From positions 30,001-62,000 of the forward strand of contig JAUWKS010000014.1 in NCBI GenBank assembly GCA_030614005.1: a stretch of DNA of 32,000 nucleotides. Reading direction: 5' to 3'. Under the pieces are notes generated by a model. That model was not told the DNA's origin and made no database searches. It saw only the letters and a program-made list of their open reading frames with translations. The stretch comes from Candidatus Heimdallarchaeota archaeon. Lineage in GTDB: Archaea; Asgardarchaeota; Heimdallarchaeia; JABLTI01. How positions within the stretch are numbered: the stretch's first letter is position 1; each line of letters begins with the position of its first letter. Made by a program: the position numbers and the translations under genes. Of this stretch, positions 26,015-32,000 are shown piece by piece.

Positions 26015-27544
26015 ATGGGTACTAGTAAATATCACGAGAGAAATCTAATGGCCGACAATATCACCGTACCAATTAGGATGCTTGTCTTTTCATCTCCTGA
26101 TTGTTATGCTTGTCCAGAAGTAGAAAGGATTGTTCACAAACTTGTTGGTTCAAGTATGGCTGATATTTGCCATGTTAGTACAATAGATGTTGTTCGTGAA
26201 CCAAAGACAGCGGAAAGATACAACGTTAAAATGCTTCCCACTATAATGATTGATGATGAGATAGTCCTGCAAGGGTTAGTGGGCGAGAGTGATATTAGAG
26301 ATGTATTATGGGAACGAGTTATCAGCTCGATTATTAAGCGCGAGAAAACTTTCGATGTGCGAAAAGAATCTCTACTCTATATTAGCAAAAATAGTTTTGA
26401 CTCGATAATGAACGAGGAATTCATTCGTCCCTACATCGGTGATTATATTCATGTTGGTGTAATGCAACAAATGATCGTTTCTTTAGTTGCACTTGATAAA
26501 TTAGTTCCAAATTTACTCTATCAATCTGGTCGAGAAGTTGGTTTGTATGGTGTTGGAACTTATCTTATGATTACTCTTAATCCAGATATTGGTACAGAAT
26601 TTCGAGCTAAAGAACGGTTTGATGAAGTTTTAAAAGGATTGGTAAAATATTTTTCTGATAATGAATCAATAAATATTCCAATGAAATTAGCAGAAGCTGC
26701 TGAAATTGTTAATATTGAACCTGACTCTGCTACTCTGAGAATAATGGGGTTGGCTAGTGCCTCTGGTTCACCCTATGTTGGAGAACCTTTATGCCACTTT
26801 TCCGCTGGTGAAATAGCTGGAATAACTGAAGCATTAACTGGTCGAAATACTGTTGTTCATGAAGTAAAATGTGTAGGCACTGGGCACGAATATTGTGAGT
26901 TTGAAATCACTGTTTCGGATGAACCGATAAGTAGAAATCTGTCGGATAACCAAGAAGAGGAATATATTGTCGAAGACCGCAGCCAACATTTCCAAGGTAT
27001 CTTGCATGACATTTCAACTCGTTTGCATGAATCCTTTATTAGTCCTAAAGATGTTTTTAATCGAGGGAATATTGGAAATGAAGTTCATTTTACAAAACTT
27101 CAACAAGCAATCGTAACATTAAAGTTAACTGACCCTTATTGTGGAGCTTTACTTTACGCAGCAGGAAGAGAATTAGGCATTTTTGGTCCAGGTCGTGATA
27201 TTCTACAAAGATATCTTGAAGATGAAAATTACACTTGGCCCCTGAATTTACAACAAGCATTATACATTTTGAATAAATTCTTTCATTTTGGTATGATACA
27301 AGCAGCGAAAGAAAGGGCTGACGTTAAAATTATTGAAGATGGTGACGAATTAAAAATCAGAATAGAAGAATGTGCAATATCCTCAGGAGCAACTGATTCT
27401 GGGGTTTCTTTCTGTGATTTCATGGCAGGATATATTGCAGGCAGGATTACTATCTTAACAAATAGAGATTGTGTTGTTACTGAAACTCATTGCCATGGAT
27501 TAGGCGATAAATATTGCGAATTTGGGATCTCATTTGTAGACTAA
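26015..27544 (+). CDS. Thioredoxin-fold plus tandem V4R domain protein
   Basis: SPDCYACP and cis-Pro MLPT. V4R-1 has CHFSAGEIAG...EVKC....YCEF and V4R-2 has CDFMAGYIAG...ETHC....YCEF. The start is uncertain (TTG 25958, ATG 26015 or ATG 26048). Confidence 0.8.
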   Translation: MGTSKYHERNLMADNITVPIRMLVFSSPDCYACPEVERIVHKLVGSSMADICHVSTIDVVREPKTAERYNVKMLPTIMIDDEIVLQGLVGESDIRDVLWERVISSIIKREKTFDVRKESLLYISKNSFDSIMNEEFIRPYIGDYIHVGVMQQMIVSLVALDKLVPNLLYQSGREVGLYGVGTYLMITLNPDIGTEFRAKERFDEVLKGLVKYFSDNESINIPMKLAEAAEIVNIEPDSATLRIMGLASASGSPYVGEPLCHFSAGEIAGITEALTGRNTVVHEVKCVGTGHEYCEFEITVSDEPISRNLSDNQEEEYIVEDRSQHFQGILHDISTRLHESFISPKDVFNRGNIGNEVHFTKLQQAIVTLKLTDPYCGALLYAAGRELGIFGPGRDILQRYLEDENYTWPLNLQQALYILNKFFHFGMIQAAKERADVKIIEDGDELKIRIEECAISSGATDSGVSFCDFMAGYIAGRITILTNRDCVVTETHCHGLGDKYCEFGISFVD

Positions 27545-27555
27545 TATAAAAGCAG

Positions 27556-28047
27556 TTGGAGAAGAATATCATTAGCAAAACACAATCCGAAAAAGTAAAA
27601 GTGGGAGATCCAGCACCTTTGTTTTCTCTTCCTGATAGTTCTGGCATTGAAGTTAAATTAAAAGAATATATTGGTAAGAAATCAATAGTACTTTATTTTT
27701 ACCCCAAAGACTATACAAGTGGATGCACTACTGAAGCATGCACCTTCCGTGACAGATATGAGTTATTTTTAAAAGCCGGTGCAGAAGTAATCGGTATTAG
27801 TGGTGATAGCTCAGAATCACATACTGATTTTGCAGCAACATATAAACTTCCATTTGTTTTATTGAGTGATGTAAAAAACAAAGTGCGAAAGCTCTATAAG
27901 GTTGGCACAACTTTAGGTATTATTCCCGGAAGAGTCACCTATATTATTGACAAGGAAGGAATCATTCGACATATTTTCTCTTCGCAATTCAATCCCAAGA
28001 AACATATCGATGAAGCATTGCTGGTATTAAACGAAATGAACAAATAG
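27556..28047 (+). CDS. bcp: Peroxiredoxin Bcp/PrxQ
   Basis: VLYFYPKDYTSGCTTEACTFRD (PxxxTxxC with resolving Cys), GISGDS, RVTYIIDKEGIIR. Confidence 0.93.
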   Translation: MEKNIISKTQSEKVKVGDPAPLFSLPDSSGIEVKLKEYIGKKSIVLYFYPKDYTSGCTTEACTFRDRYELFLKAGAEVIGISGDSSESHTDFAATYKLPFVLLSDVKNKVRKLYKVGTTLGIIPGRVTYIIDKEGIIRHIFSSQFNPKKHIDEALLVLNEMNK

Positions 28048-28169
28048 ATTAAATGAACAAAGTGGAAACTAAAACTGCAATTATGTTAATAATTAAAACC
28101 GAAAAACAACATTTAAATTGTATAATATCTCTTCAAAAGAAGATAATACTCAAAGGATGATAAAGATCA

Positions 28170-28802
28170 ATGTTTGCAAAAAGATCAGAAGCTCTTCTAT
28201 TAATTTCAGCAACACTTGCGATTATTCCCATGTTCTTTATTCCAAAATCCTTGTACGTATTGCTACCATTTGCGTTTTTCGTAATCTTGACTGGTTTTCT
28301 AATGTATTTTTTCCGAGATCCAAAGAGAATCTCTCCAGAAGAGGAAAGAATAATTGTTTCTCCCGCTGAAGGAAAAGTACGTGAAATAATTGAAGAAGAC
28401 GATGGAGCAACACGAATTCAAATTGAATTATCAGTATTTAATGTTCATGTAAATCGTGCACCAATTGATTGTAAAATTATCGCCATAACAAGAGAAAAAG
28501 GTGCTCATTGGCCGGTGTGGTTTAAAGGAAATTTTGCCACTCAAAATGCACGACTGCATTTCGATCTCGAAACAAATGAAGGGTTCTCTTTCAGAGTAAC
28601 TCAAATTTCAGGCATTTTTGCCTGGAGATGTGTAAGCTATGTCGATGTTGGTGAGACTGTAAAGCGAAATGATAAAATTGGCATCATTCGTTTTGGTTCT
28701 GCAGCAAATGTTATATTGCCAAAAAGTTGCGGCTATGAACCTTCAGTAAAAGTAGGCGATACTGTTAGAGCTGGAGAAACTATTATCGCTCGAAGAAAGT
28801 GA
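28170..28802 (+). CDS. psd: Phosphatidyl/archaetidylserine decarboxylase proenzyme
   Basis: FFRDP, VSPAEGKV, SVFNVHVNRAP, and GIIRFGS autocleavage site. Confidence 0.92.
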   Translation: MFAKRSEALLLISATLAIIPMFFIPKSLYVLLPFAFFVILTGFLMYFFRDPKRISPEEERIIVSPAEGKVREIIEEDDGATRIQIELSVFNVHVNRAPIDCKIIAITREKGAHWPVWFKGNFATQNARLHFDLETNEGFSFRVTQISGIFAWRCVSYVDVGETVKRNDKIGIIRFGSAANVILPKSCGYEPSVKVGDTVRAGETIIARRK

Positions 28803-28808
28803 TATTGT

Positions 28809-29687
28809 ATGGTTATTTTTGAAAACTCTAAGAAATCAGATGAAACTGAAATCAGTGAAGAGGTTCAAGATAGCAAACTAAGAATTCCCGAATTTCCAAA
28901 ACCTGTGAAGATGTTTTTTGCTTTCTTAGCAAATCTCATTACAACACTTAATTTCGCAAGTGGTGTAACGGCTATAATTTTGGTGGTAATAGACCCGAGA
29001 AATCCTGTATATATTCTCTGGGCTTCAAAATTAATTTTATTAGCAATTATTTTCGATTTTTCAGATGGGATACCTGCAAGATTAGCAAAGAAAGAACCAG
29101 GTTTTTTTGGTGTGGTTGTAGATTCTGTAGCAGATACGGTTTCGTTCGGTTTAGCACCTGCAGTAATGCTATCATTGAGTTTGCCACTTATTGGATCAGA
29201 AAGCACTGCTCATTTTGCCCTAGCAATATCATCTATTGTCGTAGGAGTGTATTTCGGTTTTTGTACAATATTTAGACTTGTTCGTTTTACTAAAGCTCCA
29301 AGCAAAAAGTGGTTTAAAGGAATTCCCTCACCAGGTGCTGGATGTATTGCAGCCAGTTATTTTATCATCAAACTTTATATTGAAGAAGTGGTTTCTTCTA
29401 CATCAATAGCAGTGCCAATAGTAGGTCTTCTACTAATGATTTTTACTGGGTCAATGATGATAGTGAATTTCAAATACCCTACAACAAAATTGCGAAAAAA
29501 CTTTTTGGAAATTTTCCTTTTAGGATTAACTGCAGTAACAATTGTTACAATGGCAATAGTTCCATTGAATATTATTATCTACCCTGCCGGGCTACTCGCT
29601 GCATTAACATGTTTATATGTCTTCTATGGACCATTCTATTTGCTGACTCATATGTTAGATCGAGCAAAAGAAGTGGAAACTAAATAG
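28809..29687 (+). CDS. pssA: CDP-alcohol phosphatidyltransferase (phosphatidyl/archaetidylserine synthase)
   Basis: ANLITTLN, FDFSDGIPAR...GVVVDSVADTVSFG, RLVRF, FKGIPSP. Adjacent to psd. Confidence 0.88.
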   Translation: MVIFENSKKSDETEISEEVQDSKLRIPEFPKPVKMFFAFLANLITTLNFASGVTAIILVVIDPRNPVYILWASKLILLAIIFDFSDGIPARLAKKEPGFFGVVVDSVADTVSFGLAPAVMLSLSLPLIGSESTAHFALAISSIVVGVYFGFCTIFRLVRFTKAPSKKWFKGIPSPGAGCIAASYFIIKLYIEEVVSSTSIAVPIVGLLLMIFTGSMMIVNFKYPTTKLRKNFLEIFLLGLTAVTIVTMAIVPLNIIIYPAGLLAALTCLYVFYGPFYLLTHMLDRAKEVETK

Positions 29688-29808
29688 CTTCGCCGTTTCT
29701 TTGTTTTTTTTCAAGAAAAAATCGTCTTTGCACAATAACAAAACTTTACATATTACTGAGTGCAAGTTTATTATAGAAAAACAAAACAATGTTAAGAGGA
29801 AAACAAAA

Positions 29809-30582
29809 ATGGATTTTCAACGTATACCTACAAGTTCACCACTAGATGAATTGAGGAAAATAAAGCTTCTTGACACTGGTATTCCTGGATTTGATGTCAG
29901 TATCGGTGGAGGAGTTCCTGATGGGTCACTAATTTTGTTATTAGGTGAACCTGGTTCAGGTTATGATGTTTTTGCATTGCAGATGCTTTATGAGCAAGCT
30001 AAAAAAGGCAAGAAAGTCTATTATGTTTCTGTTGATAAACCTCCCTCGGAAGTAGAATTAGAGATGCTAACTTTTGGTTGGGATATTGACACGTACAAAT
30101 CAATTGGCTCTTGGGTTTATATTGATGCATATAGTGCAAAATACGCAACAGGGAATGAGGACTCTTCCCCGGTAATTTCATGGGATAAAGGACTGTTAAA
30201 TCTTTTAAGAACCAAATTTGTCGATTTGGTAGGCAAATCTACTCAATCATTTACTATTATAGATACTCTCTCGCATTTACTACTTGATTATGACGAAGAT
30301 CAAGTAAGAGATTTAGTTGAAAATTTCATTAATAATGTTGTTCGTAAAGTAGGCGGAGTACACATGATTTTAATGATAAAAGGAATGCATGATTTGAAGA
30401 CTGAGACATTATTTAGTCACTTAGCTGATGGAGTAATTGACTTCTATTTGCGAGAAAGACAAGATCAACTTCAGAGAACGTTTCGAGTAAGAAAAATGCG
30501 AAAAGCAATATATGATACACGATTATATCCAATTAATCTTGAAGAAGATGGTTTGCAGATCGAAACAGCTAGAAGAATATAA
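29809..30582 (+). CDS. KaiC/RAD55-like RecA-fold protein with degenerate Walker A
   Basis: TGIPGFDVSIGGGVP, GEPGSGYD, IIDT, HLADGVIDF, RTFRVRKMR. ATG 29809 is preferred over TTG 29701. Confidence 0.85.
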   Translation: MDFQRIPTSSPLDELRKIKLLDTGIPGFDVSIGGGVPDGSLILLLGEPGSGYDVFALQMLYEQAKKGKKVYYVSVDKPPSEVELEMLTFGWDIDTYKSIGSWVYIDAYSAKYATGNEDSSPVISWDKGLLNLLRTKFVDLVGKSTQSFTIIDTLSHLLLDYDEDQVRDLVENFINNVVRKVGGVHMILMIKGMHDLKTETLFSHLADGVIDFYLRERQDQLQRTFRVRKMRKAIYDTRLYPINLEEDGLQIETARRI

Positions 30583-30731
30583 AATCACTTTTCTAGCTCA
30601 ACTCATTTTTTCTATTTTTATTTTTGGTAAGGGTGATAGTGAAGCTTTTATTCTTGAAATACGACAATGAATTAGAGAAAAAGTTACCAATTTACCCCAT
30701 TTAATCATTCATTCGTGTGAGGATATTACAA

Positions 30732-32000
30732 GTGGCTGATAGTCAAATTCTATGGACAGAATCGTTTCGCCCAAAAAATCTAGGACAAGTTGTAGGTAAT
30801 GAAGATGCTGTAGTGGAACTCAGAGATTGGTTTGATTCATGGTCCCCAACTGCAAAAAAGAAAGTAGCAATTTTACATGGACCGGCGGGAACAGGAAAAA
30901 CAAGTAGTGTTATCGCGCTCGCGAATGAAAGGCAATATGAATTAGTTGAAATGAATGCAAGTGATTCGAGAAATAAAGCTGCAATAATGAGGTTAGCGGG
31001 GAGTTCAGCAAGGGAAGGCACAATTGTAAATGGTGCAAAAGGTAAAAGAATTCTACTTATTGATGAGGTTGATGGAATCGCTGGTAGAGAAGATCGTGGT
31101 GGAGTAAAATCTTTAGTTGATGTAATACGTGAAGCAGCAGTACCAATTATTTGTACCGCAAATGAAGCTTATTCCCCAAAATTGAAAGCGTTAAGAAAGA
31201 TTGCCAAAGTTATTGCTTATCGACCTGTTCATCCTGAGTACATTTTCAAAATTTTAAAGAAAATCGCTCGAGAAGAAAAAATAACTATTCCAGAAGATAA
31301 CCTTCAATTCTTAGCAAATAATGCAGGAGGAGATATGCGAAGTGCAATCAATGATTTTCAAGGAATGGCCCTTCAATTGAAAAGCGGAAAAGCAACAGAT
31401 ATCGAGTTACTTAAACCTTACAGAGATCAAACAAAAAATTTGCAATCTGCGCTAACAGAATTGTTTAATGCAAATGATTATTTGAAAGGAAAGAAAGCAA
31501 TAGATGGGCTAAAAATAAAGTACGATGAATTGCTTCTCTGGGTTTTTGAGAATGCCTATTTACATACCAGTGAAGAAAAATTAGCTGAAGTGTATACTAC
31601 ACTTGCAGACGCAGACCTGTATTTAGGAAGGATTATGCGTAGACAAAGCTGGGGTTTATTGAAATATTTCTTTGATTTAGTGTCAGGTGGAGTTGCGGTA
31701 GCTATTGATAAACCCAAAAAATCTGCTCAACATGTTTTCCCGCAGAAAATAGCCATGTATGCTCAAACAATGTTTACTCGAGCAATTACAAAATCTATAT
31801 CTGCAAATCTAGCAGAAAAAATACATGTATCTCAAAGGTCAGCAAGAACGGATTCACTATATCTAGTTCAACAAGTCTTGAATAGTAATGTTGGCGAGGC
31901 AGCAAAAATGGTTGATTGGCTGGAATTAGATGACAATCAAGTGAAGTCTTTGCTCGAAAAACCTGAATCACTCAGGAAAATAAGACAAGTTGTTAATGCT
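30732..32000 (+). CDS. rfcL: Replication factor C large subunit (3' partial)
   Basis: Read manually, as it is absent from the ORF track because it runs off the window. GTG start, then ...LWTESFRPKNL, HGPAGTGKTS, EMNASD, LLIDEVDG, PIICTAN, GGDMRSAINDFQ. Confidence 0.93.
   Translation, partial: MADSQILWTESFRPKNLGQVVGNEDAVVELRDWFDSWSPTAKKKVAILHGPAGTGKTSSVIALANERQYELVEMNASDSRNKAAIMRLAGSSAREGTIVNGAKGKRILLIDEVDGIAGREDRGGVKSLVDVIREAAVPIICTANEAYSPKLKALRKIAKVIAYRPVHPEYIFKILKKIAREEKITIPEDNLQFLANNAGGDMRSAINDFQGMALQLKSGKATDIELLKPYRDQTKNLQSALTELFNANDYLKGKKAIDGLKIKYDELLLWVFENAYLHTSEEKLAEVYTTLADADLYLGRIMRRQSWGLLKYFFDLVSGGVAVAIDKPKKSAQHVFPQKIAMYAQTMFTRAITKSISANLAEKIHVSQRSARTDSLYLVQQVLNSNVGEAAKMVDWLELDDNQVKSLLEKPESLRKIRQVVNA

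Noticed and set aside
28800-28811. psd and pssA in the same frame across one TGA (TGA TAT TGT ATG): selenocysteine or readthrough fusion
   Set aside because: Being in frame has a 1-in-3 chance. Both proteins are complete, the TGA is not at a catalytic Cys position, and I saw no SECIS-like hairpin.
29701-29808. N-terminal 36-aa extension of the KaiC-like ORF
   Set aside because: It is AT-rich promoter-like sequence with a poly-T/poly-A start, and the family-like sequence begins after ATG 29809.
4109-31021. Short overlapping or antisense ORFs in the track (e.g. 4109, 4172, 5570, 5757, 6765, 7370, 7946, 11945, 11999, 12692, 12832, 12908, 13831, 14130, 14254, 15340, 17070, 17162, 17802, 18813, 19325, 20489, 21396, 22530, 22800, 24574, 25115, 28118, 28865, 29999, 30743)
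   Set aside because: They are shadows of longer, motif-supported genes or span gene ends, and have no recognisable motifs.
1-32000. tRNA, rRNA, transposase, integrase or prophage genes
   Set aside because: I found no cloverleaf with T-loop consensus, no long GC-rich non-coding tract and no recognisable mobile-element ORFs by eye. tRNAscan-SE and ISEScan would be the decisive checks.

Overview
AT-rich archaeal chromosomal segment, gene-dense and mostly housekeeping. Archaeal origin is supported by the RadA-type recombinase, FEN1 with a PIP box, RFC large subunit, Ski2/Hel308-like helicase and KaiC/RAD55-like ATPase. An Asgard (Heimdallarchaeia-like) origin is plausible but is inference only. 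I saw no tRNA, rRNA, CRISPR array or transposase. Many genes use TTG or GTG starts behind GGAG/GGTGA-type Shine-Dalgarno sites. The most unusual items are: (i) a translationally coupled pair of a wHTH/Zn-ribbon protein and a CorA-like two-TM protein lacking the GMN motif; (ii) three atypical recombination-type genes within 7 kb, namely a RadA paralog with a Rad51-type Walker A and a 120-aa charged tail, a Hel308-like helicase with a SWIM finger inserted and no C-terminal HLH domain, and an EXO5-like Fe-S nuclease; (iii) a thioredoxin-V4R-V4R fusion directly upstream of a Bcp peroxiredoxin; and (iv) a divergent promoter with four TCTATA boxes at exact 20-bp spacing next to a GC-rich structured leader. 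All family calls come from motif recognition by eye, not from database searches.
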